DNA from: an uncultured Actinomycetota bacterium | GTDB taxonomy: Bacteria; Actinomycetota; UBA4738; HRBIN12 | Direction of reading: 5' to 3' | DNA: 64,000 nucleotides | Assembly: GCA_963842295.1 (NCBI GenBank) | Contig: CAWJFY010000007.1 | Location: 180,136-244,135 of the forward strand | Part shown: positions 48,287 to 57,081 of the stretch, piece by piece | Position numbering within the stretch: the stretch's first letter is position 1 | Layout of the letters: every line of letters starts with the position of its first letter | Translations under genes and position numbers: made by a program | The notes under the pieces: model-generated | Databases searched by the model: none | What the model was told of the DNA's origin: nothing | What the model saw: only the letters and a program-made list of their open reading frames with translations

Positions 48287-48634
48287 TGGAGGTGGCGGGA
48301 ATCGAACCCGCGTGACAGGGCGACCGTCTGGATCTTCTCCGGGCGCATCCGGTGGGTAGATCTCGCCTCGGGCCTCCCACCGGCGGAGGGGCCCTCGGCC
48401 AGCCCGGGTGAGATGTCCCTCGGAGGCCCCCGGACGGAACCTCCTCGGTGAGGCCTGCTTGCGATGCCCTGTCCGGGCCGCAGGCCCTCCCGGACGGACA
48501 GCTACCTATCTGCTAGGCAGCGAGCGCGTACTCTTCGTTGGCGCTTGTGTTGTTCCGGCGTTTTACGAGACTCCGGAGATCTCGGCCCGCTTCTCCCAGG
48601 CGATAACCGCCCTGCTCGAAGCCAGTACACCCCC
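48287..48634 (-). ncRNA. ssrA: tmRNA (ssrA), 348 nt, tag reading frame ending ...GCC AAC GAA GAG TAC GCG CTC GCT GCC TAG (ANEEYALAA*)
   Basis: 5' GGGGGUGUACUGGCUUCGAGCAGGG parallels E. coli GGGGCUGAUUCUGGAUUCGACGGG. 3' GCGGGUUCGAUUCCCGC-CACCUCC-A has a G3·U70 acceptor. YALAA-type tag with TAG stop at 48513-48515. smpB lies about 1.5 kb away, beyond the decarboxylase gene. Confidence 0.85.
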
Positions 48635-48672
48635 GTATGTAGTTGTCATCCGAGTATACGGCCCGACCATCG

Positions 48673-50094
48673 TCATCGATACGTGTCCCCGAGCTCCCGG
48701 ACCACGTCCACGATCAGATCCACGTCTTCGGGACGGTTGCGCCAGTTGACCGCCGCCGGCCGGAACGCGACCTTCCCGTCGTACTCGGTCATGCCGAAGA
48801 AGACCCGCCCGTCGAGGATCGCCTCCTCCCCGATCTTGCGATTCAGCTCGTCCAGGCGATCCTCCGTGTAGCCGCTCGGGTGGTAGCGGAAACACACGAT
48901 GTTCAGACGCACGTCCGCCAGCCGCTCGAGATCCGGCTCCTCGTCGACCCGCCGAGCGAGGTGCCGCGCTAGGTCGAGATGCTTCTCGACGATCGCCTCG
49001 TAGCCACTCCGCCCGTACGCGCGAAGGGTCGCCCACACGGTGAACGCCCGTGCCCGTCGCGACATCTCGGGCCCAAGGAACCCCCAGGTCGGCTTCGGCC
49101 CCAATGGGTCGGGGAGGTACGCAGCGCCGGACGTGAAGACGGGCGCCTGCAGCGCCGGGTCCCTCACGAATGCGAAACCGCAGTCATAGGGAACGTTCAG
49201 CCACTTGTGGCCGTCGGCGATCACCGAGTCCGCGCGTTCCACGCCCTCGACGAGATGGAGCGACCGATCCGAGAGGGCGGCGAAGAGTCCGAACGCGCCG
49301 TCCACGTGGAGCCAGGCGCCGTGACGCTCCGCGAGGTCGGCCATCGCGGCCAGCGGGTCGAAGTCGCCGGCGTTCACCTCTCCGGCGCTCGCGATCACGA
49401 CGGCGGGCGCGTCGCCGAGGGCCTTGAGCTCGCGTTCCAGAGCCGCGAGGTCCAGCCGCCCGATCCCGTCCGCCGCGAGCTTCCGAACGGCATCCCGCCC
49501 CAGTCCCAGCATCGCGAGCGCCTTCGTGTCGCTCGGATGCACGTAGCCCGAGCCGAAGACGGGCATCCGCGGTAGTCCGCCGAGGCCCTCCACATCGACG
49601 TCCACGCCCTGTCGAAGCCCCCACCATCGCCGGGCGCAGGCCAGCGCGGTGAAGTTCGCCATGGTTGCGCCGGTGGTGAGGACTCCACCCCACGACTGCG
49701 GCAGCCCGAACAGCTCCTTCAACCAGCCGAGCGCGATCGACTCGAGATGCCCGCCGAGCGGCGTGGCTACCCAGGCGCCCGGGTTCTGGTCCCATGTCGA
49801 GGTGAGCCAGTCCGCGCCGAGGGCCGCCGGCGTCGTCCCACCGTTGACGAAGTGGAAGAACTTCGGCCCGGCAGAGTGCACCAGCCCGCCGCCGCCCTCG
49901 ATCAACTCCTGCAAGGCCGCGATCGCTCCGACGCCGTCCTCGGGGAGCGATCCCACGAAGGATGCCGCGGCGTCCTCCGCCTGGGGATCGCGGACGGGAC
50001 GATCTTCCACGCCGTCGAGGTACTTCCGAGCCTCATCCGCCACGAAGGCGAGGACCGTATCCAGCTCGTCCGCGTCCGGTGGCGTGGGTGACAT
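48673..50094 (-). CDS. Group II PLP-dependent decarboxylase (second paralogue)
   Basis: SVIADGHKWLNVPYDCG (PLP lysine) and the Pyridoxal_deC layout. Confidence 0.75.
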   Translation of the reverse strand: MSPTPPDADELDTVLAFVADEARKYLDGVEDRPVRDPQAEDAAASFVGSLPEDGVGAIAALQELIEGGGGLVHSAGPKFFHFVNGGTTPAALGADWLTSTWDQNPGAWVATPLGGHLESIALGWLKELFGLPQSWGGVLTTGATMANFTALACARRWWGLRQGVDVDVEGLGGLPRMPVFGSGYVHPSDTKALAMLGLGRDAVRKLAADGIGRLDLAALERELKALGDAPAVVIASAGEVNAGDFDPLAAMADLAERHGAWLHVDGAFGLFAALSDRSLHLVEGVERADSVIADGHKWLNVPYDCGFAFVRDPALQAPVFTSGAAYLPDPLGPKPTWGFLGPEMSRRARAFTVWATLRAYGRSGYEAIVEKHLDLARHLARRVDEEPDLERLADVRLNIVCFRYHPSGYTEDRLDELNRKIGEEAILDGRVFFGMTEYDGKVAFRPAAVNWRNRPEDVDLIVDVVRELGDTYR

Positions 50095-50111
50095 CGCCCG
50101 ACGTTACGACA

Positions 50112-50582
50112 TCAGCGGCGACGTCCGAGCTCTCGTCGCATCTCGCGCTCATGCTCCCGCTCGGCGATGGCCTGACGTTTCTCATGGCTCCGTCTGCCTC
50201 GCGCGAGCGCGAGCTCCACCTTCGCGAGCCCGTGGGTGAAATACACACGCAGCGGCACGAGCGCGAGCCGGTCCTGCTGCTGCGCGTCCGTGAGCTTCGA
50301 GATCTCCTGGCGGTGCAGGAGGAGCTTCCGCGGCCGCACGGGCAGGTGCGACTTCTTGTCTCCCTGCTCATACGGCGGGATGTGCATCCCTTCCAGCCAG
50401 GCCTCGCCGTCCCGCACGCGAGCGAACGCCTCCGCGAGCGACGCCCGTCCCCCGCGGAGGGACTTCACCTCATCGCCCGTCAGTGCGATGCCGGCCTCGA
50501 ACGTCTCGAGGATCGAGTAGTCGTGACGCGCTTTGCGGTTGGAGGCGACCGTCTTCTCGCCCTCGCGATCCTTGCGGCCCAT
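50112..50582 (-). CDS. smpB: SsrA-binding protein
   Basis: NRKARHDYSILETFEAGIALTGDEVKSLR is typical of SmpB. It lies in the ssrA neighbourhood, separated from it by the decarboxylase gene. Confidence 0.85.
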   Translation of the reverse strand: MGRKDREGEKTVASNRKARHDYSILETFEAGIALTGDEVKSLRGGRASLAEAFARVRDGEAWLEGMHIPPYEQGDKKSHLPVRPRKLLLHRQEISKLTDAQQQDRLALVPLRVYFTHGLAKVELALARGRRSHEKRQAIAEREHEREMRRELGRRR

Positions 50583-50591
50583 CGGGTGACC

Positions 50592-51514
50592 TCAGACGTC
50601 GAGGAAGCGCCGCATGCCGATCGTGCCCGCCACGATGGCGACGAGTGCGGACGCGATGAGGATCCACGGCATCACCGCGACGACATCGCTGTTCTTGATG
50701 AGCGGCAGCCATGGTGCGGTTCCTCGGAGGTTGTCCACGACGAAGACCTTCACGAGGAAGAGTCCGGCGATCGCGGCGATCGCCCCGAGCATCGCTTCGA
50801 CGAGACCCTCGATCAAGAACGGCACACGGATGCGCCAGTTCGTCGCTCCGACCAATCGCATGATGCCGATCTCTTTGCGCCGGGCGAACATCCCCATCCG
50901 AAGGGTATTGGCCACCAACCCGATCGCGGACGCCAGCATGATCACCGCGATGCCGAACACGCTCAGCGACAGGACCCGCGTGAGCGCGTCGAGGCGGTCG
51001 AGCAGCTCCTGATAGTCGGCCACGTAGCGGATACCGGGCTCGGCACACTGTTGATGCGAGTCGCCATCCGGTTCGACGACGAACTCGCATCCGAGCGTCG
51101 CGGTGATCTCCGCGAAGCGAGCCACTTCCGAGAGTCGCACCCGGAGCGACGTCGGGATCACCGAGCACGGGGTGTTCTCCGTGAAGATCGGCTGGTTCTC
51201 GAAGAGATCCCCGAAATGCTGGCACGACCGTTCCTTGTTCCAGTACTCGACTTGAGCGACGCCTTCGATCTCCTGCAATCTGTTGGTCAGCCTGCTCACG
51301 GTCCCTGTGTTCACTGGATCCGTGAGGTACACCTGCACCTCGACGTTGCCCGTCAGTCGGGTGGTCACGAGCTGGAACTCCCGCGCGATCAACAGCGAGA
51401 GACCGAACAGGAAGAGCGCGATGAATGCGGTCGACATCGCCGCGAACGCCACGACGCCGTTCCGTCGGAGCCCGGCCGCGGTCTCACGGAAGAAGTACTC
51501 GACCCGAGGCGCCA

Positions 51515-51515
<1 letters not shown>
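50592..51515 (-). CDS. ftsX: Cell-division ABC transporter permease FtsX
   Basis: FtsX topology (TM, large periplasmic loop, 3 TM). Start overlaps the ftsE stop (TGATG). Confidence 0.8.
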
Positions 51516-52192
<677 letters not shown>

Positions 52193-52277
52193 GACATTGA
52201 GAATCGACCTAGAAAGGGGTCGGCCCACCGTACCAGGGTCTTCCGCGAGAGCGGGGAAGGTGCTCTAGGCTGATCCC

Positions 52278-54719
52278 GTGGACGCCGCGGACGCGAGCAG
52301 GCTCGCGACGCGCGCGGCACCGCGGATCGCCGTCTGGCTGGGGCCCGCCCTGATCGCCGGCTCCGTCCTGTTCGCCCTCCGCGGGTTCGCCTTCGGAAGC
52401 GGACTGACCAACCAGCACCCTGACCTCCTGACATTCTGGCTGCCGCGCTGGTCCTTCCTCGGCGATTCGGTCGTTGCGGGTCAGATCCCGTTGTGGAACC
52501 CCTTCGAGATGGCCGGGTATCGCTTCGCCGCAGACCCGCAGAGCGGGTGGCTGTACGCCCCCCCGATGCTCTTCTTCTCGCTGTTCTCGCCGGGGTCGGC
52601 CTTGCGCCTGTTCATCGTCTTCAACCCGCTGCTCGCCGGTCTCGGGCTGTACGTGTTCCTTCGGAGGGAAGCTTTGGGGAGAGCGGCGGCATCGGCCGGG
52701 GGCCTGGTCCTCGCCATGATGATGTCGACGTCGACGATCGCGATCTCACTGCCGTTCGCCGGAGCGCTGGCCTGGACGACCCTCCTCCTCGTGGCCGCTT
52801 CGGGCTACCGAAGGGCCGAGCGATGGTCTGGCCGGCTCGCTTGGCTCGCGCTCGGTGCGTTCTCGTGGCTGCAGGTGGCAGCGGCGCACATGAGCCACGG
52901 GCTCGTGATCGCGACTGCGTTCGCGACCGCCTATCTGGCGGCCGCCGCGATCGCCGACGCACGGACGGGGACGGTCAGCGCAAGATCCGCAGCGGGCCGG
53001 GCGGCGCTGTTCGCCCTGGTCCTGCCGCTCGCCGCCCTCCCGATCCTCGTGCCCCACATCGACTTCCTCGGCGAGTCGAGCCTTCGAGGCGGCTACGGCG
53101 CGCTCGGAGACACGGGGCAGTCGGAGGTGGGCGATCCGCTCGGCTCGAACGGTATCTGGGCGGCCTGGCCCCTGGGCTTCGGCGCCGCGCCGGGCGCCTA
53201 CGCGGGTGCGGCGGCGCTCGCGTGCGCCCTCCTCGCGGCTCGCGCTCGCCGGCTGCGGACGCTCGTCGTCGCGACGGGGGGGCTCGCGCTCACAGCCTAC
53301 GTGCTCACCTCCCCGTTGCTCGTGAGCGCAGCCTGGTTCCGAACCCTCGTGCTCGAGATCCCCTTCGGTGACGTCTATCTCCACAACCCGGGGCGCCTGC
53401 GCTACGTCGCCGTGCTGGCTTTGCCGATCCTGGCTGCGGCGGGCCTCCACGGACTCGTGGATCGCCCGCTCTCCGCTCGTGCGGCGATCACCTGGCTCGG
53501 CGCGGCGGCCTTCATCTTCGTCGTCTGGCCACTCCTCGCCGGAGGGGATCTCGTCCGGTTCGCGATGATCGCGGCGATGCTCCTCGTCGCCGGACCGCTC
53601 CTCTACGGGTTGGGCACGCGACGATGGCGATGGGCCTCGTCATCCGCCGTCGTCGGCGTGCTCACCGTCGAGTTGCTGGTGAGCGCCGTCTACGCGCAGT
53701 CCTACGAGGGCGGCACGATCTTCACGGGGTTGGAAACGGGCGACCATCCCAGCCTCGTGCCACAGGTGCTCCGGTATCCAACGCTGGATGAGGCCACCTT
53801 CCTCGCACCCACGCCGATCGTGAAGCACATCAGGGCGGAGCCCGGACGCTACGCCACCTGGGCTCCCCCGGCGGCATACTTCGAAAAGGGCTACCTCTGG
53901 ATGAAGTCTCCGGCCGACTGGCCGGCTCTCGCACCCACCCGAGGCACGCTGTTCGGCATCCCGGACGCCCTGGGCTACAACCCCGTGCAGCTTCCTCGCT
54001 ATTGGCGCTTCATCCGCGCCACCAACGAGCTCTCGGTGTTCTACAACGCGTCGGTACTCAACCTGCCGTCCGCCGAGGACGTCCGTCTGCTCGGTCTGCG
54101 GTACCTGATCGTCCCGACGGGATTGGAACCCCCCGTCGATGGCCGCGTGGTCGAGGAGGCCGACCTCTATTCGCTCTGGGAACTCGACGACGCGCAGCCC
54201 CCGGCGACCGTTTCTCCCGTGATCGAGTTCGTGGATGACCAGCGTTCGGCGATGAGCGCGATCACGACGGGAGGCTTCGATCCATCGGAGCAGGCGGTGA
54301 TCGAGTTGCCCTCCGATGTGTTCGCGTGCGTCGGCGATTGCTCGCCCCCCGCCGATGCCTCCACCAGGACGATCTCCGGTTCCGAGCTGGTGATCCAGAT
54401 CCCGGCGACGGATGGAGGCATCCTCACGATCCGGAACGCGTACGACGCGGGATGGGGGGCCGAGATCGACGGCCGTCCGGCCCGCACCCTTCCGGTCGAT
54501 GGATTCCTACAAGGGGTCGTCCTCGGACCGAGCGCGAGGGAGGTCGTACTCACCTATCACGACGACGCGGTCATGCTCGGCCTCGCGCTCGGCGCCGCGA
54601 TCTGGGCGACGCTCCTCGCCGCGCCCTTCCTCGTGCTCATGCTCGAGCGTCGCGCTGCTGCCGGGAACATCGCTCCACGTCGCTCTACGCCGTCTCGCCC
54701 ACGGCCGCCCGTCGCCTGA
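52278..54719 (+). CDS. Large polytopic membrane protein (YfhO-like; about 12+ TM with C-terminal extracytoplasmic domain)
   Basis: 813 aa with many hydrophobic helices through about residue 520, then a soluble domain and a final TM. Confidence 0.45.
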   Translation: MDAADASRLATRAAPRIAVWLGPALIAGSVLFALRGFAFGSGLTNQHPDLLTFWLPRWSFLGDSVVAGQIPLWNPFEMAGYRFAADPQSGWLYAPPMLFFSLFSPGSALRLFIVFNPLLAGLGLYVFLRREALGRAAASAGGLVLAMMMSTSTIAISLPFAGALAWTTLLLVAASGYRRAERWSGRLAWLALGAFSWLQVAAAHMSHGLVIATAFATAYLAAAAIADARTGTVSARSAAGRAALFALVLPLAALPILVPHIDFLGESSLRGGYGALGDTGQSEVGDPLGSNGIWAAWPLGFGAAPGAYAGAAALACALLAARARRLRTLVVATGGLALTAYVLTSPLLVSAAWFRTLVLEIPFGDVYLHNPGRLRYVAVLALPILAAAGLHGLVDRPLSARAAITWLGAAAFIFVVWPLLAGGDLVRFAMIAAMLLVAGPLLYGLGTRRWRWASSSAVVGVLTVELLVSAVYAQSYEGGTIFTGLETGDHPSLVPQVLRYPTLDEATFLAPTPIVKHIRAEPGRYATWAPPAAYFEKGYLWMKSPADWPALAPTRGTLFGIPDALGYNPVQLPRYWRFIRATNELSVFYNASVLNLPSAEDVRLLGLRYLIVPTGLEPPVDGRVVEEADLYSLWELDDAQPPATVSPVIEFVDDQRSAMSAITTGGFDPSEQAVIELPSDVFACVGDCSPPADASTRTISGSELVIQIPATDGGILTIRNAYDAGWGAEIDGRPARTLPVDGFLQGVVLGPSAREVVLTYHDDAVMLGLALGAAIWATLLAAPFLVLMLERRAAAGNIAPRRSTPSRPRPPVA

Positions 54720-55801
54720 GCTCGCCCTCGATGAACCGATCGATCTCGCCGCCGAGGACGCGAGACGGGTCGCCCACCTCGACGTCCGTCCGATGGTCCT
54801 TCACCATCTGGTACGGGGCGAGCACGTAGGAGCGGATCTGCGATCCGAAGTCCACGGCCTTCCGCTCTCCCCGGAGCTCGTTCATCTCCTCTTCTCGCCT
54901 GCGGCGCTCGAGCTCGGCCAGGCGAGCTTTCAAGATCCGCATCGCGACCGCACGGTTCTGGAGCTGCGAGCGTTCGTTCTGACACGCCACGACGATCCCC
55001 GACGGGATGTGCGTGATCCGCACGGCCGAGTCCGTCGTGTTGACCGACTGCCCGCCAGGCCCGGACGAGCGGAAGACGTCGATCCGAAGGTCCTCCTCGG
55101 GGATCTCGACCTCCTCCTCCTCGGACCGCTCGAGCAGCGGGATCACGTCGAGAGCGGCGAAGGAGGTATGTCGCCGCTTCTGCGCGTCGAAAGGACTGAT
55201 CCGGACCAGACGATGGACGCCCCGCTCGGCCGACAGGAGCCCGTAGGCGTTCGCCCCGTGGAGCATGAACGTCGCGGACTTGATCCCAGCTTCCTCGCCG
55301 TGGTGGATCTCATCCACTTCCATCCGGAAACCGCGCTTCTCCGCCCACCTCGCGTACATCCGGAGCAGCATGTCCGCCCAGTCCTGCGACTCGGTGCCCC
55401 CGGCGCCGGCCTGCAAGGTTGCGATCGCATCGTGGTCGTCGTACGGACCCGAGAACAGCGCCGCGAGCTCGACCGTCTCGAGCTCCTGCTCGAGACGGTC
55501 GAGCCCTGATTCCAGCTCTTTCGTCAGCTCCGGATCGGCTTCGTCCGCGAGCAGCTCATCTATCGCCTCGAGGTTCTGGAGGGTGCTCTCGAGGCGGTCG
55601 TGGCGGTCGACCTGCTCGTGCAAGCGGGAGAGGCGCCGGGTCAGCTCCTCCGCGCGGGACTGGTCGTCCCACAGCCCGGGGTCCGAGGTCTGTCGCTCCA
55701 GGTCACCCAGCTGGGCACGCTTGCCGTCGACGTCAAAGGAACTCCTTGGCTGCCACGATGCGGTCCCGGAGCTTGCGGAGCCGTTCGGTGTGATCGCTCA
55801 T
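54685..55801 (-). CDS. prfB: Peptide chain release factor 2, expressed via programmed +1 frameshift
   Basis: The 22-codon frame-0 segment MSDHTERLRKLRDRIVAAKEFL ends CUU UGA C. The +1 frame continues DVDGKRAQLGDLE... to the SGPGGQ-containing body. Confidence 0.85.
55732..55747 (-). promoter_or_regulatory. prfB +1 frameshift cassette: internal SD-like AAGGAG, 3-nt spacer, CUU UGA C
   Basis: The minus strand reads ...GCC AAG GAG UUC CUU UGA CGU... This is the classical RF2 autoregulatory frameshift site. Confidence 0.8.
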
Positions 55802-55950
55802 GCCGTCGATTCTAGTGGTCGTCCCTCGAGTTCCCGCTGGTCGCGGGGTCGGGAGTGATGAACGTCACCCTCGTGAGGTGCCGTGGACCACCGCCCGCCG
55901 CGGGCCGGCTCCCTATCCTCGGGGGTCAGTCACCACGAAAGGACGACCCG

Positions 55951-56175
55951 GTGAGCACAAGCATCGAGACCATCAGCCCGGGGTTCGCATGGAACGCGAC
56001 GCGGGTGGCGAGTGTACTGATGATCGTGATCGTCGCCGTCATCGCGCTGGTCTTCTGGCCGGCGTTCGAGACGTCGGAACCAGGAGCGCCGAAGGGCCGG
56101 CAGACCAACGGACTCGCGGCGCCGCACGAACAAGTCGTGGTCAACGGAGAAGCCTGTCCGCAGTGCCTCCCGTGA
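55951..56175 (+). CDS. Small single-pass membrane protein ending VVNGEACPQCLP
   Basis: GTG at 55951 after AAGGACGA, one TM (VASVLMIVIVAVIALVFWP), and a C-terminal motif shared with the next gene. Confidence 0.4.
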   Translation: MSTSIETISPGFAWNATRVASVLMIVIVAVIALVFWPAFETSEPGAPKGRQTNGLAAPHEQVVVNGEACPQCLP

Positions 56176-56468
56176 CCTGAGAGCGAGAGGTACCCCCCTC
56201 TCATCGGCGGCCGGCCGGGCCGAAGGAGCCCGGCCGGCCGCCTCCTTTTCATAGGTCCGGCGCCGGATCCATGGGTCCCGGGCCGGAGGCCCGATCTCCC
56301 ACGCTGGCGCCCGCTCGCCACGCGCCCGAGGCCGAGCGGCGGCACCGGATCGGTGTGGCGAACGTCACCACCGGCCGGTGCGTGTCGGCACCGACTTCAC
56401 GACGACCCGTCCGTAGGGTCGCCTCATCAGGCAAAGGTCCCCAGGGGACCGGAGAGGAAGGGGGAGCC

Positions 56469-57017
56469 ATGAGCGCGCAGGGAGGAACCCTCCAGAGGCG
56501 AGGGACCATCGAGCTGCCGATGTGGCCCGTGGCCGTCCTCGTGGTCGTCGCGGTCGCTGCGGCGGTCGGGATGACGTTGCTGAGGGACGCGGGGCAGACG
56601 ACGTTCGTGACATCGGTCACGGACAGCGAACGGCTCGCCAACTCCACCGCCGCGGTCCGTGAGCAGGGGGCAGTCGCACCGGCGATCCCCGCGATCCGGC
56701 CGATCGATCTCACGGTGCTGGAGAACTCGAGCGCAGCGGTGCGTGAGCAGGGAGCGATGCTCCCCGCGACCGTGGGCGTCTCCCACGTGGCGCCGTCGCT
56801 GCACTCGCGGGGCTTCGCCGGCTTCGAGAACCCCGGTGCCTACATCACCCAGGCACCGGCGTACGCGCCCGGCCTGGAGTACGCCGGCGCCTACATCACC
56901 GAGGCTCCGGCCTTCGCACCCGGCCTCGAGAACCCGGGTGCCTACCCGGCCGAGGTCGTTGCACCGGCAGAGGGCCCGATCATCGTGAACGGCGAGGCCT
57001 GCATGCAGTGCAGGTGA
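56469..57017 (+). CDS. Single-pass membrane protein with internal tandem repeats, ending IIVNGEACMQCR
   Basis: ATG after GGAGAGGAAGGGGGAG, TM WPVAVLVVVAVAAAVGMTLL, and repeats xNS(T/S)AAVREQGA x2 and (E)NPGAY(I)T(Q/E)APA(Y/F)APGLE x2-3. Confidence 0.45.
   Translation: MSAQGGTLQRRGTIELPMWPVAVLVVVAVAAAVGMTLLRDAGQTTFVTSVTDSERLANSTAAVREQGAVAPAIPAIRPIDLTVLENSSAAVREQGAMLPATVGVSHVAPSLHSRGFAGFENPGAYITQAPAYAPGLEYAGAYITEAPAFAPGLENPGAYPAEVVAPAEGPIIVNGEACMQCR
56830..56960 (+). repeat. About 48-nt imperfect tandem repeats inside the 56469-57017 CDS
   Basis: ...cccggtgcctacatcacccaggcaccggcgtacgcgcccggcctggag / gccggcgcctacatcaccgaggctccggccttcgcacccggcctcgag... Confidence 0.5.
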
Positions 57018-57041
57018 TGCCTCCCGTCACGGACACACGAA

Positions 57042-57068
57042 GGGGCCGGCGCGACGCGCCGGCCCTTT
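57042..57068. terminator. GC-rich hairpin (about 10-bp stem) between convergent genes, followed by TTT
   Basis: GGGGCCGGCGCG-a-CGCGCCGGCCC then TTTCAG, in the 64-nt gap between the small-protein stop and the secA stop. Confidence 0.4.
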
Positions 57069-57081
57069 CAGCGTGCCGCGA

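Noticed and set aside
48276-48360. Initial reading of the GCGGGTTCGATTCCCGC element as an ordinary minus-strand tRNA
   Set aside because: No D-arm or anticodon arm exists within 90 nt. Extending upstream revealed the tag ORF (…EYALAA*) and a GGGGGUG 5' end, so this is a tmRNA.
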